Shown here: in pieces, positions 38,545 to 47,703 of the stretch
Layout: the number at the start of each line of letters is the position of its first letter
Position numbering within the stretch: position 1 is the first letter of the stretch
The notes under the pieces: model-generated
Seen by the model: only the letters and a program-made list of their open reading frames with translations
What the model was told of the DNA's origin: nothing
Databases searched by the model: none
Assembly: GCA_963833985.1 (NCBI GenBank)
Contig: CAWIAD010000002.1
Coordinates: 3,584,001-3,648,000 of the forward strand
Source of the DNA: an uncultured Planctomycetaceae bacterium
GTDB lineage: Bacteria > Planctomycetota > Planctomycetia > Isosphaerales > Isosphaeraceae
Length of the DNA stretch: 64,000 bases
Direction: 5' to 3'
Program-made: the position numbers and the translations under genes

Positions 38545-38964
38545 ATGCGCAACCACGAGCGACCGATCAAAGCCCTGAACGAGATCGCCTTACGGGTCAC
38601 CGATCTGGACACCATGCAGCACTTCTACGAGGAAATCGTTGGCTTGGAAGTGATGCGACGTGCCGATAACGCTGTCTTCTTCAAGATCGCCGATGGCTAT
38701 GCGGCTCATACTCAAGTCCTCGCTCTCTTCGACCGGTCTTCCAGTCCCGGTTATCGGGGACTTAGTGCCGCAACATCCACGGTTGACCACATCGCCTTCG
38801 AGATTGCGTTGGCTGACTATGATGCGGAGAAGGCGAGACTGGAGAGCCTGGGTCAGACGGTCACAACTGCTGAACACGCTTGGGTACATTGGCGGTCGTT
38901 ATACGTCACTGACCCCGAGGGGAACGTGGTCGAATGGGTGTGCTACGACGAATCGGTTCTGTGA
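38545..38964 (+). CDS. VOC / glyoxalase family protein
   Basis: EIALRVTDL...FYEEIVGL...DHIAF...SLYVTDPEGNVVE. Confidence 0.92.
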   Translation: MRNHERPIKALNEIALRVTDLDTMQHFYEEIVGLEVMRRADNAVFFKIADGYAAHTQVLALFDRSSSPGYRGLSAATSTVDHIAFEIALADYDAEKARLESLGQTVTTAEHAWVHWRSLYVTDPEGNVVEWVCYDESVL

Positions 38965-39096
38965 AGGATGGCATCGAGAATTGCAGGTGGCTCCTTCCCA
39001 TCCCGATCAACAAACGGATGCACTCGTCTGACAGCAATGGTACGGGATGTGGGGGAATCAGAGTAGCCTACGAATGCCAAGTTTCTCTGGATGGCG

Positions 39097-39336
39097 TCAG
39101 TTCTTCAGCACTGTGGCACGATCGCAATTCGGGCACAAAGAGTACAAGAGCGGTTCCAGCGACTTCTCGTCGTACTGCGGTCGGGCACAGTCCTGGCAAC
39201 AGGCATGGGAGCACTCTGTGGGCTCCCAGAAATCATGGTCATCGATTTCCTGGTCCTTGAAGCGCCCACAGAACGGACACCTCGTGTTCGAGAGCACCGG
39301 TTCCGGTGCATCAGCGAAGTGGTAATCCTCGGGCAT
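39097..39336 (-). CDS. Small Cys-rich (Zn-finger-like) protein
   Basis: GGAG RBS; CPFC, CSHACCQDC, CPNC. Confidence 0.5.
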   Translation of the reverse strand: MPEDYHFADAPEPVLSNTRCPFCGRFKDQEIDDHDFWEPTECSHACCQDCARPQYDEKSLEPLLYSLCPNCDRATVLKN

Positions 39337-39397
39337 CTACCATCTCCTTCGGCTAACGACGTTGAACCTTCACCCCATTCTACGTGTAGAGATCTCC

Positions 39398-40255
39398 ATG
39401 ACCAAGCCACTGAAATTGCTGTTCGACGTGTCGTTCCCCAACATCACCCTGTGGCTCCAGGGCTGCGGCACCGTGGAGATCGGCAACGATGCCAACACGG
39501 ACAACTTCATCCGAGCGATCGACGAAGGCGGGATGGTCTGGAGCGGGAATAAGAGCTACAAAAGCCTGAACGATGCTCTTCAGCACTTGGAGAAGGGGCT
39601 CGGACAGATCCTCTTAGACTTGGGACTCGGTGTCCAGCCTGCTGCCAAGAGCAGACAGTCCGCAAGGCGATCCACATCGAAGCAGAATCAAGTCAAGAGG
39701 CAGAAGACTCCATCTGAACCCGCTCTCCCCAAGCAAGTGCAAAAGTTGGAGGAGATCATCGAGGCAATCCAGGGCAAAGAGATTGTTCAGGTCACCCGGC
39801 TGACTGTCGTCAAGAAGCTGTGCGAGAACCCCGATGCTGCAAGTGCATTCGCCTTGTTCCTTGCCAAACAGGCTCAGGGGCGGCTACGCGAGAAACCAGG
39901 CAAAGAGCGATACGTTGAATTGGCAGATCGGGCGATCAAAGAGATTAAATCCTTTCTGGGCGACCCAACTGATGTCCGCAGACAGCGACTCCGATCTCTG
40001 CTCCTGGAGATCCAGGCTGAGCAGAACGAGTGCGTGTCCATCAAGTGGAGTGCAGTGCGGAACATCAAGAGTTGGGACTTGCTGATTGTGGAGAACGCCC
40101 TGCGGTCTATCCTGAATCGCGATGAAGCTCCGCTTTGGTTGTATCAAGCCGCAAGGGATTATGTCGGTAGCACAATGGAGTTCGAGAAGAAATCGATCCC
40201 TCAACTTGAGGAGATCGCTGGTTTCTGGCGAGAGTATTTCTCAGTCAACGAGTAG
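39398..40255 (+). CDS. Hypothetical two-domain protein
   Basis: N-terminal FPNITLWLQGCGTVEIG...RAIDEGGMVW, basic linker, helical C-terminal domain. Confidence 0.72.
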   Translation: MTKPLKLLFDVSFPNITLWLQGCGTVEIGNDANTDNFIRAIDEGGMVWSGNKSYKSLNDALQHLEKGLGQILLDLGLGVQPAAKSRQSARRSTSKQNQVKRQKTPSEPALPKQVQKLEEIIEAIQGKEIVQVTRLTVVKKLCENPDAASAFALFLAKQAQGRLREKPGKERYVELADRAIKEIKSFLGDPTDVRRQRLRSLLLEIQAEQNECVSIKWSAVRNIKSWDLLIVENALRSILNRDEAPLWLYQAARDYVGSTMEFEKKSIPQLEEIAGFWREYFSVNE

Positions 40256-40289
40256 GACGGGATCGAATCGATCTCCAAGAGGTAGAGCT

Positions 40290-40541
40290 ATGATCAGCTT
40301 CACAGACTGGTTCCCACTCGCAACTGTCGGCTTGACCTTCACGATCCTGGGCAGCCTCAAGCTCTGGGGATTGAAGCGGGGAATTGTCGGTGGCGCTAAC
40401 AAACCCTTCGCTCAACGGCTGTGCGGCACCTGACCCACCTGGGAGAGCCGTAGTTTGCGGCTGGGATTTCCACTTCTCTTCCTTGGCATCGGGCTGATCT
40501 ACCTCGGCTGGCTCGGATGGGTGCTGCTTTCGGCGAGGTAA
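40290..40541 (+). CDS. Candidate selenoprotein: 83-aa two-TM membrane protein with CxxU (C45-G-T-U48)
   Basis: AAGAGGT RBS and ATG 40290; in-frame TGA 40431-40433 after LCGT. The frame continues PTWESRSLRLGFPLLFLGIGLIYLGWLGWVLLSAR to TAA 40539-40541. SECIS-like hairpin starts 12 nt after the TGA. Confidence 0.7.
40446..40462 (+). promoter_or_regulatory. Candidate bacterial SECIS stem-loop
   Basis: AGCCGTA-GTT-TGCGGCT: 7-bp stem, loop starts with GU, 19 nt after the UGA. Confidence 0.65.
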
Positions 40542-40584
40542 GGTCGAAGAGAGCTTGTCAGTTGGGAGGCACACAAGGCGGCTT

Positions 40585-41262
40585 ATGGGACTTTCCATCA
40601 CGGTCGGCATCCTCTCTGACCTCCTAGAAAGCGATCCCGAGGGTGCAGAGCTTGTGCGAGGTGACTTTGACATCATCAACGAGATCCTTCGTCTGCACGG
40701 TCTCCCCAAACATGAAGAGCCAACATCGTTACCGATGTTGCGTGACCGATCCGGGGTGACCGGGTTCCCATACTCCTTTCTCCACTATCTCAGGCGCTTC
40801 TACGCGAGCTGGTTGGATCAGAGACAGCAGCCCTTCGTCCGTCGCCTATATGCGAAATGGACTGGACAGCCCGTTCAGATGCCCCCTCCAGTCGTCGAAG
40901 GCGAGAAACCTGCACACGATCCGGTTCTGGAGAAGATCGCTTCACCCAGGCATCACTTGCTCTGGCATTCTGACTGTGAGGGTTACTATGTCCCCATCGA
41001 CTTTCCAAAGGTCTTGGAGTCTCAGAGGATCGACGGGGGAGGCATAGGTTCGAGCGTGCGTTTGCTGGAGGAACTCATCACTGTCGCCGCACCACTTGGA
41101 ATCGTGCTTCGTGACCGCCAACTCAGCGATGCCGATGCGAGTGTAATTGCTGAGGAAGCGGAAAAGGGAGGTCCATACTGGATCGAGCGGCTAGCCTGGC
41201 TCACTCTCTTCGAGGCAGCCCGACTCAGCATCGAGCATCGTGCCGCCATTCACTTTGGGTAG
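40585..41262 (+). CDS. Hypothetical protein
   Basis: MGLSITVG...FPYSFLHYLRR...HLLWHSDCEGYYVPIDF...GSSVRLLEEL. Confidence 0.8.
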   Translation: MGLSITVGILSDLLESDPEGAELVRGDFDIINEILRLHGLPKHEEPTSLPMLRDRSGVTGFPYSFLHYLRRFYASWLDQRQQPFVRRLYAKWTGQPVQMPPPVVEGEKPAHDPVLEKIASPRHHLLWHSDCEGYYVPIDFPKVLESQRIDGGGIGSSVRLLEELITVAAPLGIVLRDRQLSDADASVIAEEAEKGGPYWIERLAWLTLFEAARLSIEHRAAIHFG

Positions 41263-41544
41263 TGTTCCATTCGAGCGAATAGCATTTCAACGACTTGGAG
41301 CGGAATCGGGTGCCACTTTTCATCCTGAACAACTGGCTTGCGGACATCGGCTGGCTGGCACAAGCGTTGTTATCGGGGTGTCAGGTCGCTAATCAGGGCG
41401 TGAGATTGTACTTTACTTGTAATTGCCGTGGAGGCTCTCAATACGCTTCTGGGCTTCTGGCTGATAGATTCATCCTCCAAGTTGAGAGACGCCTGGGGAG
41501 TCGTATAGAGCGTAGAATGACTCTGATAAACCAGGGGCGACCCC

Positions 41545-42096
41545 ATGACTGACGATGGTCTTGAACCGGTCGAGGTGACGGGTCGGTGGGTCGGGTTCTA
41601 TCGCTACCAATCAGAGCACCTCGGAGTGTTCCCTCTGGTCGCAGAAATCCACCAGGCTGGTGACAGAGTAACCGGTCAGATGTATGACCAAATCACCGAT
41701 GTCTCGGATCTCCTCGAAAGGCTGGTGGAGGCTTTTCAGGACGACATCACCCAGGGGAGGAGGCGAAAGCTGGAGAAAGTGATCGAGCAATTCGGCAAGG
41801 AAAGCGTCGTTGTGACCACACGACTCCCTGACACGTCCGATCTTGACGGTAGGATCACAGGAGGTGTCGTGGAGTTTACGAAAAGCTATCGAGGGGCAAT
41901 GGAAACCGATTGGATCGTCAAAGGGCACGAGGTCGTTTCAGCCCAGAGGAGACGGCACAAAGTGCAGTATTCCGGTCACATGGACCGGGAGAGGATGTGC
42001 ATCGAAGGGGAGTGGATCATCAGGCAAGCGGGGCTGCTCGGTCGATTCTTACCGCCAGAAGCTCGGGGCAGCTTCGAGCTTTACAAGAAGTCGTGA
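41545..42096 (+). CDS. Hypothetical protein
   Basis: 183-aa ATG ORF with beta-rich pattern (VTGRWVGFY, FTKSY, IEGEW). Confidence 0.7.
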   Translation: MTDDGLEPVEVTGRWVGFYRYQSEHLGVFPLVAEIHQAGDRVTGQMYDQITDVSDLLERLVEAFQDDITQGRRRKLEKVIEQFGKESVVVTTRLPDTSDLDGRITGGVVEFTKSYRGAMETDWIVKGHEVVSAQRRRHKVQYSGHMDRERMCIEGEWIIRQAGLLGRFLPPEARGSFELYKKS

Positions 42097-42283
42097 GGGT
42101 GGAACGGCTGGGGGCATATCAGACCCGTCTGACGATCTTCAGGAGCCCCCCAGAGCCTCTGTGGGCTCTTCCCTGATGGATTTAACGTCTTGATCCAGAA
42201 CAGCCTGTAGCGGGCTTATAGGACTTCCGATGACAGCGTAGAATTGAATGAGGACATCGTGCCTCTCATCTCGGTCACCGATC

Positions 42284-42910
42284 ATGGTCGTCGATTTAGA
42301 TTTCAGCGACATCGGGAAAGACAAGTCCAAGCCCAGGACATGGCGATGGGCTCGCTGGCTCCTCGTCTATCCCCTCCTGGGTCTTGCTGCTTGCCACATG
42401 CTAATAACTGGCTCACCGGTTCCCCTCTGGTACTCTGAACGCCTGGATCACCCTGCTGTTGTCAAAGCGCTGACCGACAAGACCCTTTTGCTTGCCGATG
42501 GTCGAAGCGTTGCTCTTCCCTTCATCAAGAGGTTGCCAAGGAACGATCCTGTCTTCCTCAAAGCCCTGAAGCACGGCGTCGAAGTCGGGCGAGACGGGGA
42601 GGTGGTCGGGTTGATCAGAGACTATCGAACTTGCGGAAACGATCCCTTTGTCTGGAGAGACAGACGCATCAATCTGAGCGACCTGGCTGGGTTCATGGAC
42701 CCCGATGGCATAGATGATTCGATCGTTCCTCATGAGGTGATCGAGGATCTCAAGGAGAATGAGAACCGGACGCTTGATCGTCATGGATTGCCTTTCTTAT
42801 TGACGAGCAGAATCTCCAAAGTGCGTCAGATCTACGAGGCGTGTGAACGCAGGATCAACGAACAGTCTTATGTCATCCGGTCATTCAGCCGCGAACAGAT
42901 CAAGCAGTAA
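42284..42910 (+). CDS. Hypothetical membrane-anchored protein
   Basis: Single N-terminal TM segment; start uncertain (42248 or 42284). Confidence 0.6.
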   Translation: MVVDLDFSDIGKDKSKPRTWRWARWLLVYPLLGLAACHMLITGSPVPLWYSERLDHPAVVKALTDKTLLLADGRSVALPFIKRLPRNDPVFLKALKHGVEVGRDGEVVGLIRDYRTCGNDPFVWRDRRINLSDLAGFMDPDGIDDSIVPHEVIEDLKENENRTLDRHGLPFLLTSRISKVRQIYEACERRINEQSYVIRSFSREQIKQ

Positions 42911-42968
42911 GACGAGCGCCCCTGGACTAGAATGACCCTCCCATCGGTGGATTACGCGAGGTCTTGAC

Positions 42969-43595
42969 ATGCCAGCACGAATGACACCTACGGCTTGGGG
43001 GCGGGGCGCAACCAATGCCCTGATTTGTGGCTTGATCTGCCTCGTATGCTGGCTGTTGGTCGCAGTGTTGATTTCGTCTGTCTTCCACCGCTCCCTCTCT
43101 GACTCGTCCTGGCTCGCTTTTGCCATCCTCTGGGGCTTGATCTTCTTGCTGTTCTTGGGCACCTGGCTCTTCGGCTTGAATGCCGGTGGTCGTGTGCTCT
43201 TGGACTGTGGACCTCACCCGACAAGAGTTCTGTTTCTGTTCAACGCGGCACTCTGGCTAGTCATGGGGCTCACTGGAGTCATGACGTTTGGTTCGTTGTT
43301 TGGGTCTCTCCGTCTTTTCAGTCCAATGTGCGGTGCTTCCTTTGCGGTTTACTTCCTGATCATGGCGACGGGTCGGCTCCAGATTCGAGAGGGTGGGCTC
43401 TGGCAGTACTGGGGATTGCTGCGGTGGGACAAGATCGAGTCTCTCCAATGGAGTGGTGACTTCACGCTGCTGGTGAAGGGGAAGACCCGCTTCCCGCTCT
43501 TCGGTCGGGGCGCTCTGCCAGTTCCGCCAGAGCAGAAGCAAGCCGTGGAGGAACTGTTGCAGAAGCACTGCCCGGTCTGGGATCGTGACTTCTAG
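42969..43595 (+). CDS. Membrane protein with C-terminal PH-like (DUF5673-like) domain
   Basis: GAGG RBS; 4 TM helices, then LQIREGGL...LRWDKIESLQW. Confidence 0.7.
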   Translation: MPARMTPTAWGRGATNALICGLICLVCWLLVAVLISSVFHRSLSDSSWLAFAILWGLIFLLFLGTWLFGLNAGGRVLLDCGPHPTRVLFLFNAALWLVMGLTGVMTFGSLFGSLRLFSPMCGASFAVYFLIMATGRLQIREGGLWQYWGLLRWDKIESLQWSGDFTLLVKGKTRFPLFGRGALPVPPEQKQAVEELLQKHCPVWDRDF

Positions 43596-43602
43596 CCCGT
43601 CG

Positions 43603-43835
43603 CTGATCTGCTTGCCCTCCATTGCACTGGCAACGACCGGCTCGACCTTCGCGATCCTCGGCTGAATTACGTTGGGGGGATTGCGAAGAGGCATCGTAAG
43701 AGGTGCTGGTGAACCCTTCGCTCAACGGCTGTGTGGCATGTGACCCACCTGGAAGAGCCGCAGTCTGCGGCTGGGATTTCCAATTCTTGTACTGTGGCAC
43801 TGGGATGATCACCCCTGGCTGGCTATTTCGTGTAA
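43603..43835 (+). pseudogene. Decayed second copy of the CxxU membrane gene
   Basis: GLRRGIVRGAGEPFAQRLCGM-TGA(43741)-PTWKSRSLRLGFP. ATG lost, extra TGA at 43663, +1 frameshift near 43795. Hairpin AGCCGCA-GTC-TGCGGCT at 43756-43772. Confidence 0.8.
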
Positions 43836-43984
43836 GGTGCAGCGAGTCTGGTAAGACTCGTCGCCCACAAAAAGAACACTCATGCTCGGTTGGAACCGGC
43901 AGAAGGAGAATTACCGGTCGCAGAGCCGCTGTTGAGTCACTCACACCTAAGTTTGTGGTTAAAAGTGCGATTCGCAGTATTTTG

Positions 43985-44012
43985 TTGTGACGGGCGGGAA
44001 TTTTGATATGAT
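43985..44012 (+). promoter_or_regulatory. Putative sigma70 promoter
   Basis: TTGTGA-16 nt-TATGAT with extended -10 TG, in an AT-rich tract before the AAGGAGGT RBS. Confidence 0.55.
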
Positions 44013-44039
44013 ACTACTATCTAAACACAAGGAGGTGTT

Positions 44040-44249
44040 GTGATGGTAGACCTGAGCGAGTTCGAGATGCTCAACGTGCGAGATGCGATGCGATTGCTAC
44101 GGCTGAGCCGTACGATGGTGTACGACTTGTTGAAATGTGGTGCGTTGCCAGGGATCAAGATCGGGGGAACCTGGCGAATTCCCGTGGCTGACCTGCGGCG
44201 ATGGCTCGACGCGAATCGGGTGATCGTGCCCGAGACCACAGCGGACTGA
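44040..44249 (+). CDS. Excisionase-type helix-turn-helix protein (HTH_17)
   Basis: MLNVRDAMRLLRLSRTMVYDLLKCGALPGIKIGGTWRIPVADLRRWL; strong RBS. Confidence 0.9.
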   Translation: MMVDLSEFEMLNVRDAMRLLRLSRTMVYDLLKCGALPGIKIGGTWRIPVADLRRWLDANRVIVPETTAD

Positions 44250-44362
44250 TAGCAACATGCCGATCGGCAGTTCACCTTCGCACAGGGTGGACGCCACATG
44301 GTCGGCAGGCTCGATGCCATGTGCATCCGATGGACTCCAGGACGGAGCCCATTGAAGCACAA

Positions 44363-44394
44363 TGACCCGGTGGGAAGAGCCTCCCACCGGGTCA
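44363..44394. repeat. Perfect 13-bp inverted repeat upstream of the primase gene
   Basis: TGACCCGGTGGGA-agagcc-TCCCACCGGGTCA. Confidence 0.85.
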
Positions 44395-44433
44395 CATGTG
44401 CGACTCTCATCTTTGCCACACGAGAGTATCAAT

Positions 44434-47328
44434 ATGAATGTAGCATGGAAGCAGAAAGATTTCTACAAAAATATCGACCAATCTTTAATTACCGAACCCG
44501 ACTTCGACTCCATCAACCAGGCGTTGCACGTCATCTGCGACCCCGGTGACGTGCATGAAGTTAGGGTGGCGGACACCAACCTGGGCGTGTTGGCGGGTTG
44601 GTTCGATGACCTGGAGGCGATGACCCTAGCCATCCTAGACCTTACCAGGGGCGAGGGAAAGTACGAGGGCAAGTACGGGTTCAAGGAGTTGAGGAGGTTG
44701 CCTGAGTCGGTGTACCTTTCTCTCAATCCAGTCACCGACGATCTCCTCGCCTTGGTGGGAAACCGGATCAAGGTATGCGACACAACGACCAAGGATCACG
44801 ATATCGTCGCCATCAAACGGCTGTTCCTCGATGGCGATCCGTGGAGACGCAAAGGCGTCTCTTCGACTGACGCGGGTCATTCACTGGCGATCACCAAGAT
44901 GATCGAGGTGAGGGATTACCTGATAGGGATGGGGTTCGCTCAACCGTGCCTTGCGGACAGCGGAAACGGTGCCCACGTGATCCATGCCACGCTGTTGGAC
45001 AACACACCCGATGATCGGGCACTTGTGGAGGCATACGTCAAGGCGGTCTCCCTCCGGTTCGGTGTGTCCTGCAAGCACGGAGAGAAGAACAAGCCGCCTA
45101 CCCCTGGCTACGACGACACGATCATCAACATCGACGCCGCCGTCTTCAACCCGTCCCGGATCGTGACCGCCTACGGCACAATGAAACGCAAGGGCACTGA
45201 CATCCCGAAGCGACCGCACAGGCTCTCCCGCATTCTGGAGTCGCCGGGTCGGCTGGAAATTGTGGAACGAGGTGTGATCGAGAAGGTCATCGCCGACCTT
45301 ACTCCCAAGTACACGATCACAGTGAAGATGGAGGCGACTGAGCAGAGTCCAGGTGGTGAAGCTGCCTTGGAGGATGAACAGTTCGGGTTCGGCTCAGTCG
45401 ATTCCGATGAGTTGTGGGCGCAACCGACAGACGAACCACTCAAGCCCATCGCTGGGTTTGACCTGGCAGCCCAACTGGAGGAGATGGGACTTCTGGCGGG
45501 GCAACCGCAGATCGCTGGAGTCTTCACGCACTACCCGGTCCAGGAATGCCCATTCAACCCGGAACACAAGAAGGTCAGGCTGTCTCAGCACCGGAGCGGC
45601 ACCCTCACCTACCTCTGCCCGCATCACTCTTGCCAGGGCAAGAAAGAAGGCTGCGATCGAAAGACCGCCCGTGATTACTTCGCCCATTACGGTGTGACGA
45701 TACCCGTTGAGACTAAGACCGAGAAGCCGAAGCAGGAGAAGACCAGCCGCGTGTCCTTGTTGGTTCAACTCGCCCGGCAGCACTGCACGATCACCAAGGA
45801 TTCCGCCACCCATGTCGTGAACGCCACGTTCATGGACCTGAAACAGCGGATCACTTGCCCCGTGGATTCACAATCCTTCCGCCACTGGCTCGTACGGACG
45901 TTCAGGGAGCAAACGGGCAAGATCATCAAGAGTTCTGAAGTATCAGACGCCGTGTTGAACCTGATGGCGTGCTACAGTGCCTACGTCACCACCTACCGGC
46001 GAATCACACGCCTCGATGATGTTATCTACATCGATACGCTCAACGAGGGAAAGGTCGTCAAGATCACGTGCGATGGCTGGCAGATTCTAGAAACCTGCCC
46101 TGACGGCTTGGTCTTCGAGACCAGGAAGGATATGGGCAAGTTGGCACTGCCCAGGCGGGGCGGGAGCCTCGATGACCTGTGGGAGTTCATCAACGTCAGG
46201 CAAGAGGATCGGGAGACCTACCTGTGTTTCCTTCTCGCCAGCCTGGCGGGACGGAAGCCGTACCCGATCTTGCTGGGCAACGGACAGGAGGGTTCGGCGA
46301 AGACCACGTTCATGAACTTCACCGTCGCCATGATCGACCCGTGCATCCGTGCCAACGGCAAGGACGTGCCGGATACGAGGCGTGATCTGGTGATTCAGGC
46401 ACGCAACCGGCACTTGATCGCCTATGACAACGTGTCCCGCATTTCCGGCGACATGAGCGATGCCTACTGTCGATTGAGCACGGGTGCCGGGTTCACCGTG
46501 CGGGGACTCTATAAAGACGATGAGGAAATGGTCTTCGGCGGTGCAAACCCCGTGCTGTTCAACGGCATCCCGGAGTTGGGCGACAAGAGCGACTTTCTGT
46601 CCCGCTCGATCCGGGTCCGCTTGCCCAAGATCCCGCCAGAAAGACGGAAGACCGAGCGGTATCTGGAGGAAGGGTGGGATGAGCGTGGACCAGGCATCCT
46701 CGGGACACTCTATGACCTGATTGCCAACGGGCTCAAGCACGAGGCGTCAGTAGTGGAAGATGGCAGGGCTCCTCGGATGATCGACAACTACCAGTGGTTT
46801 CGAGCCTGCGAGATGGGGACAGGGTTGCAGTTGGCTGATCGTTTCCGCGAGAACTACGATACGCTGATCCGAGAGGTTGCCTTCGAGACCCTCACGGGCA
46901 AGGCGGTGCTGGCGTTCATGAAGGATCGCAGATTGACGAACTGGGGAGAGATGCCCGAGGACTGGGAAATCTGGCGGGGCACGATGTCCGAATTGTACGA
47001 GGGCATCAAGCCCAAGTGGCTGGAGGTCTGCGATGGCTCCACCAAGCAGAAGAACCTCCTTCCCGGCTCTCCTGCCCGGCTGACAAACGCCATCGACGCC
47101 ATCTCTTCGTCCCTGGTCGCCAACGGCATCGTCTTCACCCGAGGTCGATCGAATGACCAGCGCTGGGCACAGATCGACGCCAGGGCGTATTTCCAAGGCG
47201 AAGTCGAGGAAGAGCCGGTGTACCTCTGGGATTCTCCACAGGATGTCGCCCAAGATCGTTGGGCAGGATTCGCAGAGGTCATGACGGACGAGGTGACGAC
47301 TCCGCTCCACTCAGAGGTGACGACGTGA
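44434..47328 (+). CDS. Primase-helicase (AEP-like primase, Zn finger, SF3-like ATPase)
   Basis: LFLDGDP (DxD), DSGNGAH, IDAAVFNPSRI; CPFNPEH...CPHHSC; GQEGSAKTT (Walker A), IAYDNV (Walker B). ATG 44434 preferred because 44362 sits in a hairpin. Confidence 0.85.
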   Translation: MNVAWKQKDFYKNIDQSLITEPDFDSINQALHVICDPGDVHEVRVADTNLGVLAGWFDDLEAMTLAILDLTRGEGKYEGKYGFKELRRLPESVYLSLNPVTDDLLALVGNRIKVCDTTTKDHDIVAIKRLFLDGDPWRRKGVSSTDAGHSLAITKMIEVRDYLIGMGFAQPCLADSGNGAHVIHATLLDNTPDDRALVEAYVKAVSLRFGVSCKHGEKNKPPTPGYDDTIINIDAAVFNPSRIVTAYGTMKRKGTDIPKRPHRLSRILESPGRLEIVERGVIEKVIADLTPKYTITVKMEATEQSPGGEAALEDEQFGFGSVDSDELWAQPTDEPLKPIAGFDLAAQLEEMGLLAGQPQIAGVFTHYPVQECPFNPEHKKVRLSQHRSGTLTYLCPHHSCQGKKEGCDRKTARDYFAHYGVTIPVETKTEKPKQEKTSRVSLLVQLARQHCTITKDSATHVVNATFMDLKQRITCPVDSQSFRHWLVRTFREQTGKIIKSSEVSDAVLNLMACYSAYVTTYRRITRLDDVIYIDTLNEGKVVKITCDGWQILETCPDGLVFETRKDMGKLALPRRGGSLDDLWEFINVRQEDRETYLCFLLASLAGRKPYPILLGNGQEGSAKTTFMNFTVAMIDPCIRANGKDVPDTRRDLVIQARNRHLIAYDNVSRISGDMSDAYCRLSTGAGFTVRGLYKDDEEMVFGGANPVLFNGIPELGDKSDFLSRSIRVRLPKIPPERRKTERYLEEGWDERGPGILGTLYDLIANGLKHEASVVEDGRAPRMIDNYQWFRACEMGTGLQLADRFRENYDTLIREVAFETLTGKAVLAFMKDRRLTNWGEMPEDWEIWRGTMSELYEGIKPKWLEVCDGSTKQKNLLPGSPARLTNAIDAISSSLVANGIVFTRGRSNDQRWAQIDARAYFQGEVEEEPVYLWDSPQDVAQDRWAGFAEVMTDEVTTPLHSEVTT

Positions 47329-47641
47329 CGACTGGGTGACGACTGTGCCGCCCACAGTCGTCACCCTCTATCCCTCCGTCCTGCAAGAAGTTATGTCAAG
47401 GGTGACGACGGTGACGACTCTAATTACCTTTTTATACTTTCTCTCAAAATGAAGAATGGAGGGATGGAGAGAGGGGGTGGTCCATTCCATCCATCGCAGA
47501 GAGAAAGAGAAAACAGCCCATCGGAGTCGTCACCATCGTCACCAACGACGCAACTCGTTACACCCAATATAGATATATGGTGACGACTCCTCTATTGGGG
47601 ATCGTCACTGTATCGTCACCCCAGGGTAGCGGAGTCGTCAC
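47293..47641. repeat. GTGACGAC iteron cluster, putative replication origin
   Basis: Ten exact GTGACGAC/GTCGTCAC copies plus three ATCGTCAC variants around an AT-rich tract (47421-47457). Confidence 0.8.
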
Positions 47642-47703
47642 CTGCTCACTGCCTCATCCTCCTGACGTTGCCTGAGCGTAATTCGCATCTGGAGCGGAGC
47701 GGC

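Noticed and set aside
43663..43665. Second Sec codon in the duplicate gene
   Set aside because: Aligns to Ser in the intact copy, has no hairpin at the right distance, and the copy has other lesions.
47293..47641. Possible CRISPR array
   Set aside because: Repeats are only 8 bp, occur in both orientations with irregular spacing, and no cas genes are present; an iteron origin fits better.
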